A stretch of 64,000 bases of DNA from the human T2T-CHM13v2.0 reference genome, Homo sapiens, in NCBI RefSeq assembly GCF_009914755.1, contig NC_060939.1; one strand, 5' to 3'. A program made the translations under genes and the position numbers. Numbering within the stretch: position 1 is the stretch's first letter; every line of letters begins with the position of its first letter. Positions 13,631-25,945 of the stretch are shown one piece after another. A model generated the notes under the pieces. That model ran no database searches and was not told the DNA's origin. It saw only the letters and a program-made list of their open reading frames with translations.

Positions 13631-14141
13631 AGAAATATTTGCAAACACAAACTTGGTGAGGGACTTGCATCCAGAATTTACAAAGAAATCTACAACTTAA
13701 TAAGAAGAAGACAAATAGCCAATCCAAAAGTGGGCAAAAAACATGAACAGACATTTCTCCAAAGATGTATGAATGTCTAATAAGCACATGAAAAGATGCT
13801 CAACATGATTAGTCATTAGGGAAACACGAATTAAAACCACAATAAGCCAGCACTTCACAAGCACTAAGATGGCTATAATGAATAAAGTAGGTAATGATAT
13901 GTTGGTGAGGATGTGGAGAAATGGGAATTTCTTGTACATTGCTGATAGAATTGTAAAACGGTACAATTACATGATAAGACAGTTTGGCAGTGTCTCAAAA
14001 GTTAAACATAAAACTTTCATAAGAAGGCCCAGTAATTCTACTTCTACATTCCAAGAGAAATGAAAACATATGTCCCTATAAACACTTCCACACAAATGTT
14101 CATAGCAGCATTATTCATAATAGTCAAAAGGGGAAACAACC
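13631..14141 (+). mobile_element. L1M (L1MA/MB) ORF2 3' region
   Basis: TGGGCAAAAAACATGAACAGACATTTCTCCAAAG, AAGCACATGAAAAGATGCTCAACATGATTAGTCATTAGGGAAA, ATGTTCATAGCAGCATTATTCATAATAG. Confidence 0.88.
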
Positions 14142-14498
14142 TGTATTAGTCTGCTCTGGTTGCTGTAACAAAATGCCATAAAACAACAGATATTTATCAC
14201 AGTTTTAGAGGCTGGAAGGCCTGAGACCAGGTGACAGCATGGTTGGGTTTTGTTCAGGGCTCTCTGGCTGCCTTGTGGATAGATGGCTGCCTTCTTGCTG
14301 TGCCTTACATGGCAAACACAGAGAGAGCTAGCTCCCCAATCTCTTCCTGTAAGGGCACTAAGGGCACCATGAGGACTCCACCCTCAAGACCTCAACTAAA
14401 CCTAATTACCTTCAAAGGCCCTGTCTCTAATACCATCCCATAAAGGACTAAGGCTTCAAATATAAATTTTGAGGGTATACAAATATTTCTTCCATAAC
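14142..14498 (-). mobile_element. MaLR LTR (MLT1A/MLT1A0-like)
   Basis: TGTATTAGTCTGCT...GCTGTAACAAAATGCCATA...CACAGTTTTAGAGGCTGGAAG...CCTAATTACCTTCAAAGGCC...TCCATAAC. Confidence 0.85.
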
Positions 14499-15930
14499 TC
14501 TGCCCTGGAGCCCCCAAAAGCCATGCACAGTTAGCATGCAAAATATAACCATTCCACCCCAACAGCCCCAAAAATCTTCACTCTTTCTAGTATCAACTCT
14601 AAAGTCAAAAGTCCAAAGTCTCATCTAAATATCATCTAAATCACATACTTATAAGAGATACAATCCATCTTAAGGCAAAATTTTTCTCCAACTGTGAACC
14701 TGTAAAAGCCAAAATATACGTCGGAGGACAGGCATAGGATAGATATTCTCATTCTAAAAGTTAGGAATGAAAGATGAGGTGACAGATCCCAAGGAAGTCC
14801 AAATCCAAGCAAGGTAAATTCTATGAGAGCCAAGGCTAGAGAAAAATCCTCTCTGGCTCAGTGTTCTGCTCTCCAGATCTACTTGGATGCCAATGTCACC
14901 CCCAGGGCTTGGTGGCCTACCATCCATGCCACAGCTCTCTGCAGGGACAGTGCTCCCACACTTTGAAACTGAGGTTTACTTGATCTTTTCTGCAAGGCCT
15001 GTGCACGGTGGGCCTGTGGTGGGACTGGCTGTCCTGATGATCTCTGAATTGCCTGAACTAAAAGGGATCCTTCTTCCCTTTTAATGAAGAACAGCATATG
15101 TTTGCAGCCAAATAGCTCTATTCTTCCATCTTATAGAAGCCAAGAAGTCCAACACTTTTCCTTCATTTTGTCCTGTATTCTCTGTCTCCATTAGTTTGAA
15201 TTGCACTGCCTTTGCTACTATAATCCCATCTCTACTCCTGGCCTCTGCTGAAATGGCTGATTAAGTTCATAAGCTGCACCTATGATCTCTTTATCAAATG
15301 GTTGTGCAGCCACACCCTTACTGTTCTCTTCAAAGCAAGCATTGTCATTTTCTGTAATTTGGGTAGGCTGAGAATTTTTGCCATTTCCAAGTTCTAGTTC
15401 CTTTTTGCTTAAAAATTCCATCTTCAATTTCTCTCTCCCCCTCACATTTTACTATAAGCAGTCAGGAGGAATCAAAATGCTTCTTCCATGCTTTGCTTGG
15501 AAATCTCCTCAGCTAAATTTTCAATTTTATTGCTCACAAGTTCTGCCTTCCACAACACACTAGAACACAATTCAGCCAAGCTCTTTGCCACTTTATAACA
15601 CGCACTGCTTTTCCTCCAGTTTTCAATAACAGAGTTTTCTTTTCCACCTGAGACCTCAACAGAATGGTCTTTACTGTGCGTATTTCCAGCAACATCCTGT
15701 TCATGATTATTTATGTATTCCCTAAGAAAATGAAAGCTTTCTCTCTAGCACTCTTCTATTCTTTCTGAGCCCTCCCTAGAATCACCTTTAACAGTCCCCC
15801 TTTCATGGCAATTCTGGCTCTTCCTAGCATGCACCTGAAAACTCTTCCAGTCTCTAACCATCAGCCAGTTCTAAAAATGCTTTTACTTTATTTTATATTT
15901 GTTATGGCACCTCACTTCTAAATACCAATT
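14499..15930 (-). mobile_element. MaLR internal region (MLT1A-int-like)
   Basis: Directly abuts the LTR; contains AAAGTCCAAAGTCTCATCT and ends at TACCAATT, the antisense start of MaLR internal sequence. Confidence 0.8.
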
Positions 15931-17319
15931 ACTATCATCATAGTAGGACAATGATTTGTTCTTACAGGAATGGACACTCTAGATATAAATTTGCCTTCCC
16001 TGCGTATAATGCTTCTGCCAAAACTACCATCTGTGGATTTACAGAATGTCTTATCCACCATCATAGTATTCCACGCAGCACTGCTTTTGACCAAGATACT
16101 CACTTCATAGCAAAGAAGTGTGGCGATGGGCTTATGTTCATGGACTTCATTGGTTTTATCATGTTCCTCACCATCTTGAAGCACTTGCCCTAAAGTAATG
16201 ACGGAGGGGCCATTTGAAGACTCAACTATAGCACCAGCTAAGTAGCCCTACTTTGCTAAGCTGAGGCAACATTCTCCAGCAGGCTGTATATGCTCTGAAT
16301 CAGGATCTGATATATGGTGCTCTTTCTCCCATAGCCAGGCTTCATGAGTCTAGGAATCAAGAAGTAAAAATAGAAGTGGCACCACTCACTATTATACCCA
16401 GTAATAACTATACAAGTTTTTACCTCCTGTTCCTGTGACCTTATGCTCTGCTTGCCTGAAGGTCTTAGTTCCAAAAGGAGAAATACTTCTGCCAGGAGAC
16501 CCAACAATGATTCCATCAAACTGGAAGTTAAGACTGCCACCCAGCCACATTGAAATCGTCATGCTTCTGAATCAACAAAGAAGGGAGGTACTGTGCTGGC
16601 TGGGGTGATTGATCCTGACTACCAAGGGGAAATTATACTGCTACTTCACAATGGGAGTAAGGAAGAGTATATCTGAAATATAGGAGGTTCCTCAGGTGTC
16701 TCTTAGTACTCCTAAGTATGTCCTGTAATTGAGGTCAATGAAAATTTACAACATCCATCCCAATCCAGGTAGAACTATGAATGGCCCAGACCCTTCAGGA
16801 ATGAAGGCTTATGTCAGTCCATCAGGTAAGGATCCAGGCCTGCTGAGGTATTTGCTGAAGGCAAAAGGAATACATAATGGGTAGTGGAAGAAGGGAGTTA
16901 CAAGTACCAACTACAACCTCATGACAAGTTATGGAAATAGTGGCTGTAATTGTCACGAATATTCCCCCTTATTTTGTAATTAACATGAATGTGTGTATGT
17001 ATCACACACACACACACACATCAAATAGCTTTGTTTTCTTCCCTATCTTATCCTTTATGATGTAACATAAGATGTATTGACTTTATATCATAGTATTTAA
17101 GTATTATTAATATTATATTTAAGTTCTCGAATACAAAGGAAGAGCATAAACATCACTTGAGGACTTTACTTTCTCTTCTGGGGAAGGGATTAATTCATTT
17201 CCAGTTGTACACAAAATAGTTATATCATGTTAGGTAGAATTATGACCTTATTATCTTTATTTGGAAATTAAATATGACTCAGGAAGATGCATATGGGTGA
17301 CGTTGACAAGAGGTAGACT
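15931..17319 (+). pseudogene. ERV-L internal remnant: decayed integrase and dUTPase
   Basis: ORF 15951-16193 reads FAFPAYNASAKTTICGFTECLIHHHSIPRSTAFDQDTHF (ERV-L integrase core); ~16598-16634 reads AGVIDPDYQGEI (dUTPase motif 3); frameshifted; purine-rich tract before the LTR. Confidence 0.88.
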
Positions 17320-17740
17320 TGTGATAGTTAATTCTATGTGTCAACTTGAATAGGCCTTAGGGTCCCAGATATCTGATTAAATATTATCCTGGATGTGTCT
17401 GTCAGGTTGTTTCTAAATGAGATTAACATTCCAATAGATGGATCCAGTAAAGCAGATTGCTCTTCCCACTGTGAGTAGGCTTTAGCCAATCAATTAAAGG
17501 ATTGAGTAGAACAAACAACTAAGCTAGAGAGAACTCACTCTTGCTGTCATATGCTTCTGGTCTCTAGTTGGGACCTTCGTCTTCTCTTGCCGTCAAACCT
17601 GGGCTAGAACTTACACCATTGGCTCTCCTGGTTCTCAAACTTTCAGACTAAAGGTCTTAGGACTTCTCAGCCTCCATAATCATGTGGGCCAATTCTTTAT
17701 AATATAAATATATAGATATCTACAGAACCCTGACTAATGT
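17320..17740 (+). mobile_element. MLT2 LTR (3' LTR of the ERV-L)
   Basis: TGTGATAGTTAATTCTATGTGTCAACTTGA...GAGATTAACATT...CTTCTCAGCCTCCATAATCATGTG...AGAACCCTGACTAAT. Confidence 0.88.
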
Positions 17741-18626
17741 CAGCAGTCTAGCTTGTCTTCTTCACTAAGGGAATATTTTGGTGTAAATTAGCGCAAATGC
17801 AAAATTCTCATTTCAGAGCAGTTTGTGAGATTTTTGAAGCCTTGGCATAAATAGCATCTTTCTTCTTCATCATCCATTTTCCTGAAATACAGACAACAGG
17901 CGTCCTCCTCTCTGCATGCTTCACCAAAAGCATTCTGTGAAAGGAGCATCCCACCAAATGACTATGGTCCTGAAATAGATGTAGCTTCCACTGATGCAGC
18001 ACACAGGGAATTTCACAGGAAGCCCTAATTAAAGGGGTGTTCACTCTAGAATTCCTTATGGTGTTCACTACAGATTCATATAAAGAAGGACGTGTAGATG
18101 TATCTAGAGACATTTGTGTTGATCAATTGGTTGTGGGCTCCAGAGCCAGAACCAAGTCACCCTGGTGATACTGTAACATGAGGACAGCTGTCTCTAACTA
18201 GTCATTGGATCTGCACTAATTTGAGAATGAATTTCTAAAGTTTACATCTAGGTTTCTCCAATATATGGCTTACTTTATGACATGGTTGCCTGGTGAGAAA
18301 GAGTTCATTGTAGCATGACAAAGTAGAAAGGTAGATTGAATTAAAACAAACAAACAAACAAACAATCTGCTTTGTAGGTAACATGAATAGAGGTTGGAGG
18401 ATGAACTCTAGAAACCGGTAATGAAGGGAATGTCCAGCCAGAGACTCAACACAATAATGGAAATTTCCAGAAATAAGTCACACTCCAGGCAAGCAATTAG
18501 CATGGGGTCCACTTCTAGTTGAGAAATAGGTCATTTTATAGAGACTAAGCTGGCAGGCCTCACACAGCAGGCAGGCAGGAAATCCGTCAGCAACCATCTG
18601 GGTGCTGCCCTCAGAGGAGGTCCTGG

Positions 18627-18636
18627 GAGTGAGTGA

Positions 18637-18681
<45 letters not shown>
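18627..18681. repeat. (GAGT)n(GT)20 microsatellite
   Basis: Direct reading. Confidence 0.95.
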
Positions 18682-18682
<1 letters not shown>

Positions 18683-18859
18683 ATGCACATGGTAGGTAGT
18701 AGAAAGAGAAGAGAGCTTCATTTGAAAAAAATAGGAGCCAACTTACTTCTTGCAGATAATATGCAGGCAAAGGACATAAGCAGAAGGAACAAGACCAACA
18801 TCCAGGAGAGATATGGAGAAGCCTGGTTCTAAGGCTGAACACAAAACCCTAAATAACGT

Positions 18860-19252
18860 AGTTCCTAGTACGCAACCACACCAAGACTGACCTGCAGTGA
18901 AATTACCCTTAAGTAACTGAAATAACAGGATGAAGCAAGATTTGTCAGGAAGATGTATAGACTGTCATACAGATCTGACAAGTCTTGCCCAACACGATCA
19001 TATGTTCTGGAGTTAAGGTAGCCAGTTACAGAATCCCCACATTGGGCAGAAATGTCCAGTCCGAAGTAACCCTGACACCTTCAGTCACTGACTGGGGACT
19101 GGCTGGGGAGAGTATAGCTTCGACTCAAACAATGCAGCAGACCCCAAAGGAACTATAGCTGGAAACCAGTAGCTAGCTGTACTCCTAGCAGCTGAAGGCC
19201 AAGTGCTTCTTTGAAGACAGATGTGAGTGGTCCATGGTGCCAATGTAATACA
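18860..19252 (-). mobile_element. LTR16-like ERVL LTR
   Basis: AGCTAGCTGTACTCCTAGCAGCTGAAGGCCAAGTGCTTCTTTGAAG resembles antisense LTR16 start; left boundary approximate. Confidence 0.55.
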
Positions 19253-19254
19253 AA

Positions 19255-19810
19255 ATCTGGAATTCAGGAAAGTGGTCTAGGCTGGAGATATCATTTTCCC
19301 ACCATTTGCATGCAGATAGCCTTTAAGGCCATAACCTAGAATTGGGATCACAAGTAGAGTGAATTTAGATAGAAAAGAGGACCAAGGACTGAGCTTCACA
19401 CTGCAAAATCAAGAGTTTAGAGAGAAGAAGAACCAACAAAGGAGAGTGATGAAGAGCAACTCCTGAGATGGAAGAAAAACCAAGAAAGTGTGGGGTGTCT
19501 TGAAATGCAGGTGAGGAGAATTAATCGAGCGCTGCTCAGGGCCAACTGAGATGAGGAATGAGAAGTGACCAAGGGATGTAGCAACAGGAGATAACCTGGA
19601 TACGAGTCATTTCAGTGGAGTGTGGGGCAGCAGCATGGCTGCAGTCACTACACAGAAGACAGGAGGCAAGGAATTGGAGAGAAAACATGTATTATAGACA
19701 ACTCTTTTGAGAAATGTTGCTCTAAGCAGGGGCAGAAAAAATGGTAACAGCTAGGCAAGAAAAAATTTGATTTGGGTGTTGTTTCAAGATAGGAGAGGTA
19801 GTAGTATATT
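19255..19810 (-). mobile_element. L2 fragment
   Basis: TCTGGAATTCAGGAAAGTGGTCTAGGCTGGAGATA, AGAGGACCAAGGACTGAGC, TATAGACAACTCTTTTGAGAA. Confidence 0.7.
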
Positions 19811-20829
19811 TTGGTGCTCGAAAGGTGGGGACTCCCCTTTTCTGCAGTAGATAATGATGTGACTTACAAGAAATGCTTGTGGAATCTAAGCAGAGGGTGT
19901 TTTGGCACCTAGCATTGTGATTAAACCTCTCGAGGAAAGCTCGGGAGTTGTGTCACCTGTATTTAATAAGGCTGCTGCTGCCTGCCTTTGAAAGCCAGGC
20001 CTAGAGTAATTACCCAGCCTAATATTTTCAAGCCTGCTTCTACATCTTTTGCATACAGCAGTTGATCTCTTGGCTTAACCATTCTGAGAAGGACATTTGG
20101 AACCAACACTCACTGGAATCCTCCCCATGCTGTACATTTCCATTCAGACCTAAGTGACGCCACATACTAATTTAATCACCACTTGGCACTGTGAGTCTCT
20201 GACAAAACAGAAGGCAGGAGGAGGATTACATCTGGTTGTGTGGAAAATGAAAGAAAAAAATCCCTTGATTAAAATTCAGCACCTTTCACCTTCTGCTGAG
20301 CCACTAAATACCGTTAGGTTTCAGCCTGTTATGGAAATACAGCCCCCTTCAAAGTCATTTTGATGGGATGTTAGGCAGAATATTATCCATCCAAGAAGCA
20401 GAGCATGGGATGTCAAGAAGAATAAAACAGAAACAGTGGGAAGAATTCAGAGAGCTCCATGAGACCGATGGAGATGACCACGGATGCTGCTCAGGGTCCC
20501 TGTGCTGTCATTAGCAAAAGGCACTATCCCAGCCTCAGAGGACATGCTCACTCATTACCAATGTACAAAAATGGAATATGCCTAGGGGTTCAAGAGCAAT
20601 GAATCAGCAGTCCATCTTCCCAATTGTCTGTCTCAATTGTTTCCAGTTCCAGAAGCACCTGGACTTCCAGATCCAGTTCCAGTTCCAGCTGGCAGCTGCT
20701 GAAGAGGCTGGGGCCTGCTCAGAGCCAAAGGAAGGAGGAAAACCAGGATGACAGCCCTTCCTCTCCTCCAAGTCTTGTCCTCTCTGCTCCTCCCAATTCC
20801 TAAAGCTGGAGAAGCAGGGATTATGCCCA

Positions 20830-21835
20830 GTTCCCTCCTCTTTCTCACCCCACTCCCTCAATCCAATCATCCCCATACTTTTCACTTCCTGATTTATGAA
20901 TGACAAATATCTAACACTTGAAAATATTACTGTCACTTGCACACACATACTGCAGACATTAGCAATCAACAGCCATCTTCTCCACTGAACTTTGGAAATC
21001 TCCTTGTTCCAGAGTGTCTGGCATCTGTCTCCAATCCTTCATCGTCTTTCTATGGTTACTGTGGCTATTCCAGTACAGGCCCACCTTGGCGCTCACCTTC
21101 CTGCTTCTCTACCTTGTCTCCCTCAAGCACTACCTTATCCCCACAAGAGAATTCCATCTAAAAAGTAGATGTCACCATGCCACCTCCCTGTTGGATATCC
21201 TTCCATCCTGCCATCTAGTAGCATCAAGTTCCAGAACCTGGGCACAGCCTGCAAAGACTCCCAGGCACTAACAAGATAATAATACATATGGTGGGCAAAG
21301 AAGGAGCTTCCACTAAATACCATTAGGTTTCAGCCTATTATGGAAATATTCAGTTTCTTCTTAAGATTAGACTAATAAGATTGCCTACTTTATAGAGTTC
21401 TTGTAAGCGTTAATCTTCTGTTGTTATCATTATTAATTTTTGGACATTGGTTAACCCACAAAGCCTGCCCCTCTTGCTCCTGCAGCAAGTTGCCCATCAT
21501 CTCTGCCCTGATGCACTGCTTCTCAACGCCACGCCTTTGCTGGGACCTGAACCACTCATGCTGCACCGCCATCCCCCTTCTCCACCTACGCTGCCCTGGC
21601 TAATGCTTCCTAATCTCTAATACACAATGTGAGGTCACCTCCTCTGAGATGCCCTCCCTGGCCCTCAGATTCCCACTTGAGCATAAATTTCTATTACCAT
21701 GCCCACCATGTGTACTATTATCTTGTTAGTGTCTGTCTCTCCCTTAATCTCTGGTGTCCCAGAGGTCAGGAACTAACTCTTTATCTTTATATTAATAGTT
21801 CCAGTTTCTAAATAAGTTTCCAGCACATCATAGAA
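20830..21835 (+). mobile_element. L2 fragment, interrupted by a composite templated insert at 21262-21451
   Basis: Pyrimidine-rich L2 body (GATGTCACCATGCCACCTCCCTG, GGTCACCTCCTCTGAGATGCCCTCCCTG) ending near CAGCACATCATAG; left boundary approximate. Confidence 0.55.
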
Positions 21836-21854
21836 AATTAGTAATGATAACAGA

Positions 21855-22010
21855 AGATTAATGCTTACAACAACTCTATAGAATGGGCAATCTTATTAGC
21901 CTAATTTTAAAGAAAAAGAAACTGAGTCCTTGAGAAATTAATAATTTGCTCAAGGGTCAAGCCAGTGATCAGGCCTGCAATAGTCTGATACCAGAAAATA
22001 AGTTATTACA
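21855..22010 (-). mobile_element. MIR fragment
   Basis: ACAACAACTCTATAGAATGGG...AAAGAAACTGAG...AATTTGCTCAAGG core. Confidence 0.65.
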
Positions 22011-24066
22011 CTCTACAAAATAATTATATTAGGATCCGCTTGGAACTGCAATGGACTATCGAGGCACCCAGTGGAAGCTCCTTCTATGCCCTTCATGAAC
22101 GCTTTGGGTGGGTAACACCTTATCTATCACAAGAGAGAAGATTTAGAGCACCAGGGGGCTTTCCATAACACCTTTCTACCTTAAGACTCTCTACAGCCCG
22201 CCATTGTGTTTAGGTCATAGTCATATAGAAACAACACCCTTTGCTTTTCCCCTTCTTCGGTGTTGGATTTAGGTACCCAACTGTTACTTAACTTGATGCA
22301 GGATGTTGGACAGAACACATCTGAATTTTGATAGTAACCTTGGCACCCAATGTCTACCGGCCTTGGAAACATCAGGTAACTTTGGCCATAGTTCAAGGAA
22401 GATATTTTAGATTCCAAGACCCCAAGAACTCACACAAAGAAGATACAGTCACAAAACGATAACTACAAAATTCTGCACCACTCACTTCTCTTGTCTCTTT
22501 TTCTGAAAGCTCCGTTTGACATATAATGAGGGTTGCTATGAGGAGAGGAACTAAACTGGGAGGGAGTTGAACACAGTAAAAATATAGAAAAGCCCATATA
22601 AACTTCAGAAAATGTGCTCATCACAGCTGGCCTTGAAATAGATGCTGTATTATCTGTTACCAGATAGATCAAGACTATTTTACAAGATACATTCATAAAT
22701 GAGAGAAAATGTCCTATGGCCTGGAATCTAGCACAGTGCAGGGCACATAGAGGGTGCTCCCAAACTATTTGCTGAATGAATGAAGAGTAGAATGACCAGG
22801 TGAGTAGTTATGCTGTTTATTGTTAACATTTATTAATATGGATGATTAACATCTATTGAACTACAAATAGAAACTAGAGAAATAACCCAAAAGAATTTCC
22901 TACTAATGGGGGGATATTAAACTGCTGGACTGGCTCTCCCTAGTAGTCAGAGTGAATTGTTGAATTGTTACTAATACATCAAAGGGATGGGGTAGGCTCA
23001 TCTGCTAAGCTGCTGGTCAACTGTGCACATAGTTTAACTCATTCTAAATCCAGCATTCAGCTTGCTAAACTCATTTTAGTTAAAAATCCCACTAATAGTT
23101 GTAAAAGTGCCCAAGTTCTCACAAAGTTTGGAAATCACTTCTGCTCCTTATTATCTCAGTAAGTAGAGCCAAATTAGGAGTTTCTAGCCTCTCATTTTAT
23201 TCTGTATTCATGCACATTTCAAAGTCAAATCCCTCTCTAAAATTTTCATACTGTGAATAAAATAAGAAAATACCTCTATTGCAATAAATATGCATTAAGA
23301 AAAAAGATTAAAAGAGTTCAGGAATAGCTTAAAACAGAATAATACAGTGCACTTTGAAACGTCAGAAAACAAATCTTGATGAGTTGACAGTTAAATGCAT
23401 TAGAGGAAATCATCTTCTCCTAGCACTTTTGGACCTTGAAACTCTGCATAAGTGCAAAAATCATTGAATCTCCAGCTGCTAACTTAGCTCCCATTTGGTC
23501 TGTCAATGCAACAATTCAGAGAAGCTCTGCCCGTGGTCTCACTGGAAATCTTGATTCATATTTAAACAAGTTCCAATGTGGAGTTGGTGCACAGGATGTA
23601 TCTTTATCAAGTCAAGCTTTTCATTATGTGTTTTTGCAACAAATGGGCCCATTTTAACACAGGATGTGCACAGCAGTCCATCACACAGAGTACATCTGTC
23701 ATTCACCAGGCACCACCCAATAAAAGTGCTTAACATGCTCTGCTTCTCAGTTAAAGCAGAAATCACAGTTGTTTGGGGAGAATGGTTTGTCAGCTAATTT
23801 CTGTCAACCCAACAGCCTTAGCCATGAGAGCTGGAATTAAAGTGCACAAAAGCCTCATAAAAGGACAATGGTTCTATCAACTAATAAAGTTGGATTTTTG
23901 GCATGTTAAAGACAATAGATTATACAAAGGAAAGAAAAAAAAAGCTTTACAGAAGGGCTAACTCTTCCCTTCCGGCTACATCCTCTGGACCATGGGATTC
24001 TCAGGAGCTACAACACAGATAAAAGAAAAGCTTGATTTGCCCCACAGACTAACAAAGAAATGAAAC

Positions 24067-25945
24067 TTTTTTTTTTTTTAAAAAAGAAAGCTTTATTGAA
24101 GTATAATTAAAGTACAAGAAACTTCACATTTTAAAGTGTAAAATTTGATGGTTGTGGTATGTGTATACGCATGTGAAAACACTACCATAATCAAGAAAAT
24201 GAAGAGATCTGTTAGGTCTAATCATTTTCTTGTTCCCTTTGTCATCCTTTCTACCTCAGCCTGCCCCACCCAACCCTTCACCCTCCCTCTCAACCCTCTT
24301 ACCTGCCCCCTTCACAAAAAACCACCAAACTGTTTTCTAAAGTGGCTGCTTCCATTGAAAATTGTAACCAGCCCTGCATGAAAGTTCTAGTTACTCCACA
24401 TTCTCACCAACACTTCGTGTCGTCATATTTCATTTTAGCTATTCTATTTGTTGTGTAATATTATCTCATTGTATATTGTATATTTAATTTGCATTTTCTA
24501 AGGACTAATAATGTTGAGCATCTTTTCATGTGTTTACTTGCCATTCATATATCTTCTTTACCTGCCATTCATATATCTACTCAAATATTTGGTCCACTTT
24601 TTTATTGAGTTTTTTTCATATTGAATTTTGAAAGTTCTTTAGATATTCTGAATTCAAGTCCTTTATCAGATATATTCTTTACAAATATTTTTCCTAGCCT
24701 GTGACTTGCTTTTTTTCATCCTCTTAACCATGTCATTTGAAAAGCAAAATTTTTAAATTTTGATGAAGTCCAATGTATCATTTTTTTTCTTTTATGGATC
24801 ATGCATTTGTGTTTTTCTAAAGAAATGTTTGTCTAACTCAAAATGCTAAAATTTTTACCTGTTTTCTTTTATAAGTGTTATAGTTTAGGTATTATACATA
24901 AGACTATAATTCATTTCGAGATATTTTATATTTTTCCATATTATTATGAATAGAAATCCTTTTTAATTTCAATTTACTTTTGTTTGTTGCTAGTGTATAG
25001 AATTGCAACCATATTCTGCATATTAATCCTGTTGCTGAAATCTTGCTAAAATTACTACTTTTAGCAGCTTTTTTGGAGACTCCATTGGATGTTTTACATA
25101 GAAAATTATATATGTGAATAAAGCTATATTTCTTCTTTTCTAATATAAATGCTTTTTTTTTTTTTTGCCCTATTGCTGTGGCAAGAGCTGCCAGTAAATT
25201 GTTGAATAAAAATGTTGAGAGCTAACATCTTTGTCTTGTTCTTGAACTTAGGGGGAAAGGACTCAGTCTTTTATCTTCAGTATGATTGTTAGTTGGAAGT
25301 TTATAGTAGATTCTCTTTCTTGGGTTTAGGAAGTTCCCTTCTTTTCCTAGTTTGTTGAGAGTTTTCACCAGGAATTGATGGTGAAATTTTGTCAAAATGC
25401 TTTATCTGTATTTAATTAGATGATCATACAGTTTTTAAATTCATTTTACTAATACAATGAATGACATCAATTGATATTTTCCAATGTTAAAACAACCCTA
25501 CATTCCTGAAATAAACCCCACTTTGTCTTGTGTATTATTCTTATGTATTATTGGGTTCAACTTGACAACATTTTGTTTACAATTCTTCCATACATTTCCA
25601 TAAGATACACTAGTATTCTGTTTTCTTTTCTGGTAGTATCTTTATCTGATTTTGGTATCTGTGCCTAAAAAATTTCATTTAAAAATATTCCCTCCTTTCC
25701 TCTTTTTCAATTTTCTTTTAGACTTTTATAAAAAAATTATTTTCAAAAATGCTTAGTAAAATTTACTAGTAAAGCCATCTGAGTTTTTTTTTCTGAGAAT
25801 GTTTTAAACTACAAATTACATTTCTTTAGTATATGTAAAGCCATTCTTGTGTGGTCATTGTTAATTTGTCACTTTCAAAAAAGTTGACAACTAAGAATCT
25901 AAGTTGTCAAAAATATTTTCATTAAATTGTTCATAATATTGTCTT
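24067..25945 (-). mobile_element. L1M (L1MC/MD-like) 3' end plus ORF2 region, with internal deletions
   Basis: Poly-T then GCTTTATTGAAGTATAATT; CCACATTCTCACCAACACTT; ATGTTGAGCATCTTTTCATGTG; GGAAGTTCCCTTCTTTTCCTAGTTTG. Confidence 0.85.

Noticed and set aside
20640-20690. Repeated TTCCAG units
   Set aside because: Short degenerate hexamer repeat with no further structure.
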